A stretch of 51,159 nt of DNA, the filler included, from Jimgerdemannia flammicorona (Eukaryota), in assembly GCA_003990765.1 (NCBI GenBank). It is 2 parts of 2 records of this genome, joined end to end, with 100 filler letters (N's around TTAATTAATTAA, not from the genome) between each part and the next. Parts side by side here need not be neighbours in the genome. Positions count along the whole stretch, not along the records: positions 25,634 to 51,159 come from RBNJ01000823.1; 1 more part is not named here. One strand, 5' to 3'. The position numbers were made by a program, and so were the translations under genes. Under the pieces are notes generated by a model. It was given only the letters and a program-made list of their open reading frames with translations. It was not told where the DNA came from and made no database searches. Below are positions 36,523 to 48,700 of this stretch, one piece after another. Position 1 is the stretch's first letter. Every line of letters begins with the position of its first letter.

Positions 36523-38552
36523 TATAAGAGGGTTACTTTTTAGGGTAACCATTACGTAGTTCTAGAAGGGTTTTCTGGAAGTTCTGGATATTCTGGAAGA
36601 CCGTTTTCTTATGGTCAAGATCAATTTCATATGGAGTACATCCTCTACGCTTATTGATTTCAAGATTGGGTTGATGTCTCAACCAAAGTCCTTTTCCGGA
36701 CTAGTTCTAGATGTTCAGGATTTTCTGTATTTCAGGAAGTTCAAGAAACTAAGACCAGCTTAGTTGAATTGGTGTATTGCTACAGACAATACCCAATTAG
36801 GAAATTTCATGACAGGGTTAGAAGTGGAACCTAACAGGAAGCGGATTTACTTAAGGGTGGTTTGTGGGTTATGGAATAGGTTTATTTGCTATTCATGATA
36901 TTGCTATACTAGGAGTATTTGTATGAAGGGATATTGTGGAGAGGTATTCAGGAATGTTCTTATGTGTTTGAGTCTGAAATTCTGAGGTCTGGGGGAGGGG
37001 GTATTTATACTAGTAAGGGGCTATCTGGACTATGCTGAACATGGATATAGCACTAAGTGCCTTGCTGAGTCGGAATGCAGTCACATAGTACAAGTGTGAT
37101 CTGACATGTCAAGAGATCGTCTGACTGCTGAGTCAGTTCACAGTCACGTCGTACAAAGCTAATCTAACTATACTATGACTGCTAGGCTATTTATGGGTTT
37201 AGGTGCTGTCTGGGTACTCTTCGATGACATCACCATCAATGACATCATCTCTGATAAAGTAGTCATCTAGGAAGAGTGGTTCACGGATTACTTCTCCTTG
37301 TTTGCTGAGATAGTAATATATTGGGACTTTGTCTCCATCCCACAGGATAGCATTATCTGTCTTGTAGACTGGATAAGATATTGGTGGGCAAAGGATGGGT
37401 GTATTGTCTTCACTTTCATCAGATTCACTGTCTGCGTACCTTCTATAGGTTACAGCACTATGAGTTGCAGGATTGTTGTAAGCTGGCAGCTGTGGTTCAT
37501 GTCACTCGTACTCAGGTGGTGGTGTGGTTGGTTCAATCTCGAGGGTTGTCTGGAGGTACAGGTTGTGTTCTCTGGTCTCCTCATTGTAGTTGAAGTAGTT
37601 GGGAGTAAATGCAGATCGGTATTTGTGCCAGTGGTCATTGTCCCAATAAGTCTCGTATGCAGTTATGAACTATTGCAAGTTCATTGGCAAGTTTGGCAGT
37701 GTGATCAGGGTTGGCAGAGATCCTTGGCTAGAGGTCATATCAGTGTCAGAGGGATCATTGTCTTCTACTTCATCTTCGTCAAAGTGGATTATATCGTAGA
37801 CGTCCTTCATGGCATATCTGACTTGAGGCATTTGCAGAATATGGTCATCAGGGTGTGGGAAGGTTCTGTCTGTGGTCTGGACATATTCGAGGTACTTGTG
37901 GTTGAGTTCTTGTATCATGTCATCGATTTGGCTATAGGACAGAGTAGCAACTATTTCGCTGGTGGTGACTCGGAGGTGGGGAATAAAGGTGTTGTACTTA
38001 TAGAAGAGTTCTTGATGTTTGCAGGTGATGAGCTTCTGGTGTTGAGACATCTGGGTAATGTCTGTATCATAGTAGTGTTTGACCATGTCTTCCAGGAGGC
38101 AGCCAATCTGGTAGTAGCTTGAGATTTGTCCGATTCGGTGGGCCTCGCTAAGCATGTTCAGGGCATTCCATCGGGCTTCCATGAAGTAGAGGGGTGCCAG
38201 GCTATGGATATTCATGAGGGGCAGAGGGGGTGTGGCTTGGTTGACAATGGCATTCCAAATATCAGCGCAGATACGGTTGTAGATCTCAGTGGTCATATTT
38301 ATGTATTTGGAAGTTGTGGTTATTGTTTGTTTTAGTTCTCTGATTCAATGCATCTTGGTGCTCGGTATATATACATTTGGTCCTGATTGGTAAGATTCTG
38401 TTTGTGTAAATCTTGTGTTCCGTGACTTTGTATTGACTCAGCTTTGTACACTGTGACTTCGGTTTGACTCAGCTTCATGATCAAGCAGGTGATTTCCAGA
38501 TTTGTTCAGAGGTCATGTGTAATTTCAGTGGCTTGGAGGTTGTGCACTTACA
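36523..38552 (-). repeat. 5' LTR of element 2 (~2030 bp)
   Basis: Copy of 27977-30012. Minus-strand TATAAATA at 37002-37009 and AATAAA at 36881-36886 imply a U3 of ~1.55 kb. Confidence 0.95.
37199..38296 (-). CDS. LTR(U3)-encoded accessory ORF of unknown function (208 aa to first TAG, 365 codons to final TAA)
   Basis: MTTEIYNRIC...MNLQ*FITAYETYWDNDHWHKY...EYE*HEPQL...LFLDDYFIRDDVIDGDVIEEYPDST*. No frameshift. The second stop is CGA in the other LTR. Confidence 0.7.
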
Positions 38553-40189
38553 CAAGTCCTACTCTTAACTACTGTCTGAAGGCAGGGACTTCAGCTAGCT
38601 GTCCAAAAGTGGCATTGATCTTCTGTTCCTTGAGGTCCTTGTAGATATCATACTGGTGGATCTTGGTCTTGCACAGCTTCTGTTCCTTCTTGCTTTTGCT
38701 TTCTCCTGAGACTGGAGTAGTGTCTTCTATGATTTGGTGGGCAGCTTCATCTAACTCCATGTCTTGATCAATCTCCTTGGGTTGAGTCTTGCTTTGAATA
38801 GTGACAGCTGAGGTCTTCTTTGGTCTTCCAACTGGCTTGCTGTTGCTCTTCTTGTCATAGGGCTTAGACTGAGTTCTGGTACCTTCAGTAGCAGGGTAGA
38901 ATTCAAGCTCTTCATAGTATTCTTCATTATCAGTGTCACCAATCTCCTCAATGACTACTGCATTGGTTTGTTCTCTAGTTCTATTAGCATTGCTTGGTTG
39001 AGCTTTGTGTCTTGTTTCAGTCATGCAACTCTTTGTATAGTGGCCTTCTTCTCCACATCTGAAGCATGTGATATTGCATTCTTCTGTAGTAGCTGCAAAT
39101 CTCTGCACTAGTCTCCTGTTGGTACTTCAGACTTCTTTAACAACATCACTAAGGTGTGTAGTCATCTCAGAAAACTGCTTGGCAAGTTCCTCCACTGGGT
39201 CAGCTTTGGCTATCTTGGGGATAGGTGGGGTTGGTTGTCTATTTACAACTGTGGCAGGTAAGATACTAGTTGACTTTGATAGCTTCATCTTAATGCCAGT
39301 TATTTTCTCCATTGAGTGTTCAGCAGGGTGTCTGGCAGTCCAATATCTCTGTGCAAAGACCACTTTCTGATCAAGGGTCAGTGCAGCTGGGGTAGACCAG
39401 ATTGCTAGGACAATTTCAGGGTGAACTCTTTTGAGAAAGGTTGAATCTACTATTTGTTCCTTGAGGTGGTCATCATAGCCAGCTAAGACAATCTGGTGGC
39501 AAATTTGGGTATAGAATGAATTGGGATCTTCACTAAGTCCCTGGCAGATAGTATTGAGTTGATCCTTAAGAGCTTGCTTGATCTCTTTGGTATAATATGT
39601 TATTCTGAGGAAGATCTTCATATTGGCAAGTTTGGCTGCACTAGCATCAGCAATGGTGGCTATATTGAACTTGTCTCTGACAGGTCCTCTGAGGCTGACT
39701 GGTAGAAGGGCCAATTGAGCATCCATACCAAGGGCTCATATGGTGGTGAATTGTTCAAAGTCTTCAATGAAGGTCAGGATTGACTCTTCAGTAGTATATC
39801 TATAGAATGTGGGGGGATGCATTTCCATCTTGTCTTGAACTCTTGCAGGGGTGACTCTTGTAGTCAGAGTAGTTGTTGTGGGGGTTGTTTATTTTTCAGC
39901 TTAAAAGTGAGGGATTCATCTTGAATCACCAGCCAATGGGCACCAAGTTGTCACATAGTGGTCGCTGAGTCTTTTAAATAAAGTTAGTTCTTCTCAGTGC
40001 AATATACACACTTCCTTGTAAGCAATCTAAGAGATAATAAGACAGTTAAAGATAAGAAGTTTGAGGACTATAAGATCTTAGGAAGGTACTCTAATAAGAA
40101 CTTGCTTATAACAAACTTGAGTTAGTCTAAGAGATACACCTTGAAGAGAATCTGACATATTTGAAGGACTCAGCGACCACTATGTGACA
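38553..40189 (-). mobile_element. Truncated Ty3/gypsy element 3 (5' LTR 39949-40189, PBS, gag), related to element 1
   Basis: 241-bp LTR TGTCACA...TGTGACA. PBS tggtgcccattgg. gag from ~39828 with KEIKQALKDQLN, QRYWTARH and knuckle CFRCGEEGHYTKSC, cut after GQLAEVPAFRQ at 38553. Confidence 0.9.
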
Positions 40190-40706
40190 CTAAACTTATT
40201 CCATATCTAAATTTATAATAAACCTGTTTTCTAGATTCAAGTTGCAAAATGATAGAGACAATATAGACCTACAAAAAGAGGTCAATTTCTAGGCATAATG
40301 GAAGATGAACAAATGACAGAAAAAATAAGAGATCCTGAAACTTATTATGCTGAATAAAAAGGAAATAAAGATTATTTAAAACATAAAGAAGAAGTCTGGA
40401 AGTTGTAAAAAGAAAAGAACTCCTAGACAGAAAAAGAGAGAGAAAGAGAAGCTTTTAAATTAATAATCAGAAAAGAAATCAAAGATTTAGAAAGAATTAC
40501 TAATCAAACTGAAGAGTAAGAAAAATAACTACAAAATAAAAGAGAAAAATTAGTGAGATTAAAAGCTCAAATAGATGAGCAAAAACAATCTCTTACATAA
40601 TAAATTCTCTTGAATCAGATTAGAAGTAGTTTTAATTATGATTATGAGTATAATTGCTTATTTGTTTGTTAAAGAGAAAGTTAGAGAAGAGAAATAAAGT
40701 TAATTA

Positions 40707-42690
40707 TTACTCAATGATATTTAATACTGGCTTGGGACAAGTAATATCTTTAAATTCATCTTGAACAAAGGGGTGAATATTGTAATAGAGATACTTCTGG
40801 TATTTCAATTCCAGAGAAAGAGGTTTAAGAACTGAAAACAACATAGCTTTGATACTCTCTATAACTTTAGAAGTCTCTAATTTACTAGTTTTCAGTAATT
40901 TGAATTTCTGGAAAGGGCTACTCATGACTTCTTGGGCTTTGATTATCCCAAGATTAGTACTGGTGAAAAGAAAATATTGAAACTTTTGTAGGTCAGGTAA
41001 TTTTTTAAAGTAAGTTTCTAGGTCACTTATGATATTATAATATTGAAATCCTTTACTACTATTATAATATTGAGTTTTATTTAGTCTAGTAATACTAGAT
41101 CTTTTTACCATATCAATGATGTGATCTATATAGTCTACTATAATCTTATGATAAAGCCTTTTGATCAATCTGAAGCTACTATCACATTTGAATTTTATAT
41201 ACTCTGGTACTATAAAATTTAGCTCAATGCTTTCATAATACTCACAAATTATCAGATACAGATGGAATCAAAGAGTAGTATTGTTTTTTTTTTGTCCACC
41301 CACATTGTCACAGGTAATCTTCAAGTGTATCTCATCTTTATTTAATTGTTTAATCTCATCAAAGACTAGACTAAGAGTGCTATTCGAACCTTTATCAAGA
41401 AATTCATTCTTATCTAGTATATAATTAATTTGCTCATAGACTGCTTTATCTTAGATACTAAATAAATGTACTTTATGAGTACTAAGATAATATACTTTAT
41501 CAATTTATTGATCAGAATAAGGAACATAAATATTTTGAGCTCAGTTGTAACTATAATGAGCAGTAGTATCAATACTACAATATTGAGTCTCGGTATTTAT
41601 CAGTAAATATTTGATAAGTTTTCTTTATTCTTCTGTTAACTTGATATTTTTATTATAATAATTTCTCTCTAGTTTGGCTTTGACCAGATATTCTTTATAT
41701 CTCTTTAATAGATCTTGAGCCTCTTTCTCTTTACAAGCTTTGAACTATGAGTCATTTTGCAAATACTGATAAATATCATATAAATTAGTCCTCAGACTTA
41801 TGATTTGAATATATAGAATTAACTAGTACTATAATTTATAAAATACATTATACTTGAGATTATGCAATTTACTATTATCCTCTAGACCAGCTAAAAAATC
41901 TCAATAAATAGTTCTGTAGCTCATTTCTGCTAGTAGAAAAATAATTGATAGGGTGACTCAATTAATATTTCTGACTGGATTAGGTAAGCCATGAACTTTG
42001 GTATAATTGAGTAGAAAATTCTTAACAGTGGTAGTAATATCAATATCAATAACTATTCTGATTTTTCATTATAGCATTCTTTTTACATTACCATGGATCT
42101 ATGGTAGAAAACTATTCTTAAACAAGTGATTTTAAATGTTTTTAAAATAATTGCAGCTAATACTAAACATATTGAGGTAAGTTTTTTGGCAAATCAAAGT
42201 GCTATAATTTCAGCAGTAGACAGTTCTCTTATTGACTCAAGTCTTGTTCTTAAGATGCCAACTAGTACTCATTACTTCTCTATCTATAGATCTAAATTGG
42301 GCTATTAAGAAAATGTCTTGTTCAGATTTTGTTAGTATTTGAAAGTCTTCTCATATGTATGTATGATACCCATAATATTCTACTCTTCAGAGGTTTTTCT
42401 TTTTTTCCTAGGCTCTTGGGATATTTCTGATAATTCTCACTTCTTAGAATTTAATTCCTGCCGACTTCATCCAGAAATATCTTCTTGATGAGTAATATTT
42501 ATGCATTTATTAGAAATATTAGAATTGACATATAATTATTGGTAAATTTCATAGATAATTCTCTCTTTATTCAAATATTCTTGAATAGCTTTGGTGTCAG
42601 ATACTTTGAAAACATATAGGGCAATTTTCTCACCTTGCTCTTATTTCAAGATACTTCTAATAATGCTGTAATTTTTTGGTTCCATAGTGG
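40707..42690 (-). pseudogene. Decayed DDE transposase, Sola1-like (DNCxGQNKN family)
   Basis: AQNIYVPYSDQ..KVYYLSTHKVHLF; LKITCDNVGGQKKNN; ELNFIVPEYIKFKCDSSFRLIKRLY, matching DNCxGQNKN and FxxxGHTKFxxDxxFG after G>A/C>T decay. Confidence 0.65.
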
Positions 42691-43229
42691 ATTTAATGTA
42701 AATTAGTTTCATATTGGTATTTTATATATAGGGATAGTCATATTTGGAAGAGTTATGTGTCAGGATTATGGCTTTAATATTTTATAAGTTGGTCTTAATG
42801 GCATGCAGCCTACAAACTTAGTAGTGGTATTATTATAATAAGTCCAGGTCAACGACCCTCAGACTTTAACAGCAGATAGAGTAGCAAGCAAGCGCTAGTG
42901 AGCTTGTTCTCATTATTGAATAAAATAAAGAACAACAAAACTAATAATAGAAGAAAGTTACATGCATGACATACATAAAAGTAAGGTCCTATTTCCTAAA
43001 ATTTTCTTCCCCTACGCTTTCCGGGTTGGAAGAATGCCGATTTTAGGGGTAGAATGAAGCACTTTCGTTTGTGTGGTGAGAGAAATGCATGACCTTTGGT
43101 TGGACAAACTTTAGGGTTTTAAAAATGTTGTGGCTTGGAGGCTAACCAGTACATAAATAAGCGTCTGTTTGCAAAGTAATACACCGCATCTTAACAATCA
43201 AATCACCTCTCTTCCATTATCCTTTCGTA

Positions 43230-44839
43230 ATGTCACACTCTCAAATCTATTCTCTCTGGATTCTCCTTGAAGGATATGAATCACCTCGCCGTTTGCACAA
43301 CCTTACCTTCGATCTTCAAACGGAGGCTGACTTGTCGGATCTTGCACCTCATCTTATCAGCCGATTTAATAATGAGCTGGCCAATGTCAGTGGACTCTCC
43401 TTGAAGTTCTTCAACTACGACGATCGCACCGAGGATCTTCCTCTCGATACTACGCTTAAAGTTGTGGAGCAGGATATGTCGGCTACAAAGCCACTTGTTG
43501 TGCGCTATCCACTGTCGGGTAACACTAGTAGGTCTTTTTTTCTTGCACATATTGCTTGCGCTCGCGCAGTGTGCCTTTCTTATTTCCTGTTCTTGCCTCC
43601 AACCTAAAGTCGTGATCAATCTCAGATTCCTCGGTACTCCAGCGAAAATTCGCCTCCCCCACACCACTGGCGTCTGGTACATGCTTCTTGCCGAGACCAA
43701 AGAGAAGTATGAACGTTTGCAAGAGGATGAGAATAAATTCTACTTTGTCGACCAGGAAACAAAAAAGGAAACCATCGACAAAGAGTTCACGTTCAATGAC
43801 CTGGTGAAGAAGACCAAACCGGACTGTGAAGACGAGATCACCATAAACTTGTTGATCAGAATTAAAGGTTTGTAATTTTTTTAAAATTGCTGACATCTTT
43901 GAAACTTTGCCATGACTTCTTACCCATATGTTTGTAGGCAAAAAGGCATATGGAGATTGGGGAGCCAAAGAAATGCTCAAGGAAATTTTGCACGACCAAT
44001 ATTCATCGATCGAAACAATTCCCGAGCTCGACATAGGTAATGTCTTCGAGGTTTTTATTAGCGTCAGCATTTCTTTATTAATTGATCAATATTGTCTCTC
44101 TGCAGATGCTACTTTTGGGACTGAACCTATGCTCGACGGGCAGGAATTCAGGCGCTTCACCGACAACCTTGCAAAGATTGCTTCAGCATTTCATGACAAA
44201 GCTACCACTAACGAAGCTACGGCACGAAATTACATTAACCCTTTTATGGTTGAGGCAGTCGCTAAAGTTAGGTCGAAACATCCGTCGACAATGCTGGCCG
44301 TTGAAGAGGACTTCGACGGAAGTCGCGGCTATGGTCGTCTGGACTATGTTGTCTATTGTGGAGATCTCGCGATTTTGATCACCGAAGCAAAAATGGTTGA
44401 GATGCATAAAGGAATAACGCAAAATATTGTACAACTTCATACTGCGGCAGAGGTACCCAACATTATCGATTTTGTTTTAATTGCTCATTCCGGGCTGTTC
44501 TGTTTACACATCGCTACTTTTCAGAAACGTAAGCGCAAGCTCCACGAGTCAATCACTAGTCCTCCAATCATCTGCGGCATCGTGTCGACCGGGATAGAAT
44601 GGCGATTCCTCCGCTGGTCCGGTACACCAGAAAAACCTACTTTAAAGGTTTCTAAAACGTACGTTTCTGCATTCGGAGGAGATATGCGTGACGCCAAGGA
44701 AGTGGTTTCTATCATCATCCGTGTTCTTCAATCACAAGCAAGTGTGTTGACACCACAAACCGAAGTGGAAGCTGAAAGAATTGACGAAGATAAGAAAGAA
44801 GATGAAGAGCGATTGGCCCAGCGCGTGCGTCTTGAGTAA
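43230..44839 (+). CDS. Crinkler-like (CR) protein: N-terminal ubiquitin-like region + C-terminal restriction-endonuclease-fold domain
   Basis: N-terminus IYSLWILLEG...DLSDL...KPLVVRYP. C-terminus NEATARNYI, GSRGYGRLDY, ITEAK, GITQNIVQL, GIVSTGIEWRF. GT-AG introns at ~43519-43609, 43868-43937, 44037-44105, 44453-44524. Confidence 0.75.
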
Positions 44840-45669
44840 TTTGTAAAAATCCTCTTTTTTGATCAGATAGAATTTGTAAAATGAATCATCTGCTTTAAAG
44901 TAAAAAAAAATAAAATAAAAAGTATATTGAAATTCATTCCAACTATTAAAGAAAAACGATGACTATTTTCCTTTAAGATTGATTTTCTATGAGAAATTTC
45001 ATATTATGCTTCCAGAAAATACATCAATGTCCCATCCATATTCAGTGATCTCAAAGATGAAGACTTTGCCAAAGCCAACCAAGAATATAAAGCAAATCAG
45101 AAAATCCAATTAGAAAGAGAAAGTAGAGAAGTGTGAAAACAGAGAGCATTAGATTATACTTTTGGCTTGCTTACTGTAATTATTTCATATGGTAGATATT
45201 ATTGAATCATTAAACTGTCACAAGCAAAGCAGCAGCAAAAATAAAATATGCATTGAGTGATGTCAAATGTTCGCTTTGTCTGGTTTTGTTACAGCATACC
45301 CCATATAAGAAAAATATAATTAAAAAAATATATATTATTATAAAATTTAAATTAATATTTATAATTTTATAAAAACAAAAATTAAAATTAAAAAATAGAT
45401 AGATAATAAACCTTAAAAATATAAAGGTCAATATTTAATTAAAAATAAAATTTAAAAGTTAAACTATTATAATTTAAAAGTATATAATAATAATATATTC
45501 TATAATATATTTTCTCACTATTATACCAAATGATCAAAATAATTTTTAGTGTAAAATATAAGATGCTGACAATCTTTGTTTATTTTTATTAATATCTTTT
45601 TCAAACATCAAAAACTTCCAAGCCAAGGGCCCTTTCAAGCATCAAGGATAACATTTTTCGAAACCGACC

Positions 45670-45682
45670 TTGGGTGACGTCA
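45670..45682. promoter_or_regulatory. CRE/ATF site upstream of the USP gene
   Basis: TTGGGTGACGTCA, ~77 bp before the ATG at 45759. Identical 13-mer at 7274-7286. Confidence 0.4.
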
Positions 45683-45758
45683 TATGTTCACTTTGTATGG
45701 TTTTGTTACAGCACCTCCCATATTCCTTTTCGACTTCACGAATCTGACACCTGACAAC

Positions 45759-48700
45759 ATGAATCTCACCACAGCTCCGCATGCTAAGAAGCGCGTTGCC
45801 ACCACTGAATCTCTACAGGGTAGCGTCATTACTCCTGCGAAACGTCGAAGTGAAAGACGCTTGCGCAGGCTGAACGAGAATGAGGAAGACATCGAAGCGT
45901 CCGAGGAGGAAGGTCAGCCTGATTATGAACAAGATGAAGACGAGGAAGACGAAGACGATGAGGAAGCGGTAGAAGAAGGAGAAACTGGCGACGAAGACTC
46001 CGCGGAACTTGACGACGATCTGGAGGTGGAGAGCTCGCCTTGGATGCCAACCCGTGAACCGCCCAAGCAATCTCCGCAGTATCGGGAATCTCGCCTTCAA
46101 TACCTATTCAAAGAGCAACATATTTTGAGAGGGCTACAAGATGGTTCGTGTTTCCTGCTACTTAACTGGTTTGGACACTTGTCTTACCGTGGCAAATGAA
46201 GGAACGCGAAGGGTTATGAATCCTTGGCATTCCAACTGAAATATCATATTCTTTGTGTTTGCAGCACGCAACCCAAAGGATGATATTGTCAAGGCTAATG
46301 ATATTGCCGATCTGGTCCTTCGATCCTATGAGCTGAGCACGTCAGAAGATCCCGTCCACAACACCAACAGAATCGATAAGAGTCTTTTGGAATACATTGT
46401 TACCGAGGCTCTCCCGTCGTATATCGAAATCCTGTTGTTGAGAATGTAGGTTTTGACGCTTTTCGAATGAACTTGAAATACCCAAAATGACCCTACGACC
46501 TTTTTTCTTAACGTCAAATGTATACTTTCTATAAACAGCGAATACGACGATGATTCTGTGGCAAGCACCATTAACGACTTCTTCCAGAAAATGCTTCTCA
46601 TAACAATCAAGCTCCTACAAAATTGGGTACAAAGTGTAAAAAGATTCCAATATCAGGGGAGATTACGTGCACCTATCCCCGACAAGCTCCGGGCGGCTGT
46701 GTCCAAAATACTAAACGAAAAAGCGGCGCCGTTTTACAAGCGATTCAATGGCTGTATGGATCAGGAGAGAATGATGATGTTCGACAATGACGATGAGGTA
46801 GGTCTATGCTGCCTTCGATCTCATGTACTCAGACTGTAGATTGGCAAGAGTTAGGCTGTCCTTATTGGATATCTGATGTTTGAAAGAGAGACTTACAGCT
46901 CTGTTATCTGCATTAATAAAGGGTCTCTTGGATGGCGCAGAACAAGTAAGTTTCGTTGAGTTGGACTCTTTCATGCGCATATATGACGAACCATACATCA
47001 CTGTCTCGTAAGTTCTATCACCATATCGAGATTCATTTTCTTTTGGTGACTTTTTCGCGTCTACCACCATGCAGGATTTTCAATACTCGCGTTGTCATTT
47101 GAAAAATGTCGAGTTATTTGTGGATAAAGGCGGCATTGACGTCGTATCACAAGCGTTGCATGCTTTGGAAGATATACAAACCAATAGTTATGATAGTGTT
47201 GAGGAGGATGGAACAGACTTGGAACCTCATATCGGTTTGGAATCAGTGAACGATTTACTCGAGATAATACGACAGGTGAGCGCGGAATATTTTTCGTGGT
47301 AAATCATCCGGCTTTGTAATAGAAGGCTCGTAGGCATTGATATAACGAATATCAAGCAACACGAAAGTTACCACACATAACAAATTTGGCGTGCCTGACC
47401 CAGTCCTGTCTCATCGCACCCACCATTCGAAAATCATATCTATGGGCACAAAAACCATGACCGTATGCTCGCATCAAACACAGGTCGGTCCCATCGTCGA
47501 AGGCAGTGGCGTGATCGCAGTACCTTCCTCATGGTCTCGTAACATGAGGATAATTGCTTGCGCCGTGCGAAATATTATCCTGACTGTGTCAGATGACGCA
47601 TTCAAAACTTACGACAAAAAGGCGATTCACGATGCAGTTGCCATCGTGACCTCCAATCTTTGTGCGTCAGTTAATAGCAACTCGCGTGATTGCACATCGG
47701 GAAGTTCAGCAACTCATGCGAAAGATTTGGAGGGCAATTCGACGCAGAGTCGAGTCGATGCATTGCTTTCGGCCGATCAAGAACCAGAGGAAAATATGTG
47801 TTCCTCCCGCCAATTCGTAGAGTATGCGGAATTTCGGCTGCCAATCGCCGAGCGTTTACTGAAGAGTCAGCGTCTTGACATGCGCTTGAATGGGCTCAAC
47901 GACATAAAAATTGTGCTCGGAGAAGCAAACGAACAAGCATGTTTGCGCCGAAGTACGCTTGAACAAGCACCTATAGAAATGGACAGGTGGCAAACCGGAA
48001 TGGAAGGCTGGGAAGATACAATAAGGTAAGTGTTTGTCGTCCCGCTCGGTGTTATCATTACACGCACAGGTAAATTCACTGCTCACATCGTCTTTGGTCG
48101 TTCATATTGTTAGATATTTGATCAAATGGGTTCGCGACAAGAAGATTTTGCAGTACATTTTCGGTCCTAATATCCACTTGGAGATTGTTCAACGCAGCCA
48201 GCATATCTTTTTGTTTCTCTTGCACGCAAAAGCATTGACAGACCAAGATCTCGAGATAGTTTGGGGACCCATCGTGGTAAGGAGATCATCAGAGCAGTCC
48301 TTTTTGGTTAAAATTTTACATCCGTTATCTTTGCCTACACTTACCTGGTTTATCATTTCCTAATCCAGGCAAACCAACACAGATCCGTTGTACATGGCGT
48401 CTTCCACGTTCTGACTGAGATAGCTCAGCACTTTACATTACAACAGATCGAATATATGTTTATCAAGCTCTCCACTGTTCCGCTATCGCAACTTGATCCG
48501 AAAATGTGTGCATTAATTCGCCAGCTCGTGTCCACCATGATCAACCGTGCCCGAATCCCTGCGAAGGCATCGTTTACGTTTGCCGTGGTATGCTTCGGTT
48601 TTATCAATCAACGCAACTACTGGTATCACAAGCCATTGTCTCACGGGCAACATATTCGATATGATTACACTAATTTGGTGCATTATTCGGGGTTTTGTTT

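Larger units (their letters stand above)
27977..38552 (-). mobile_element. Ty3/gypsy chromovirus (element 2) with ~2 kb LTRs and dUTPase
   Basis: LTRs 27977-30012 and 36523-38552. PBS tggtagcag (36511-36519), PPT ctaagaaggggagagt (30013-30028). Single gag-dUTPase-PR-RT-RH-IN-chromo reading frame with stops. No matching TSD. Confidence 0.95.

Noticed and set aside
37298..38122. 274-aa plus-strand hydrophobic ORF in the LTR (env-like?)
   Set aside because: Antisense shadow of the U3 ORF; broken by stops in the other LTR.
45210..45431. Hydrophobic 73-aa ORF
   Set aside because: Arises from extremely AT-rich intergenic DNA (F/I/N/Y bias).
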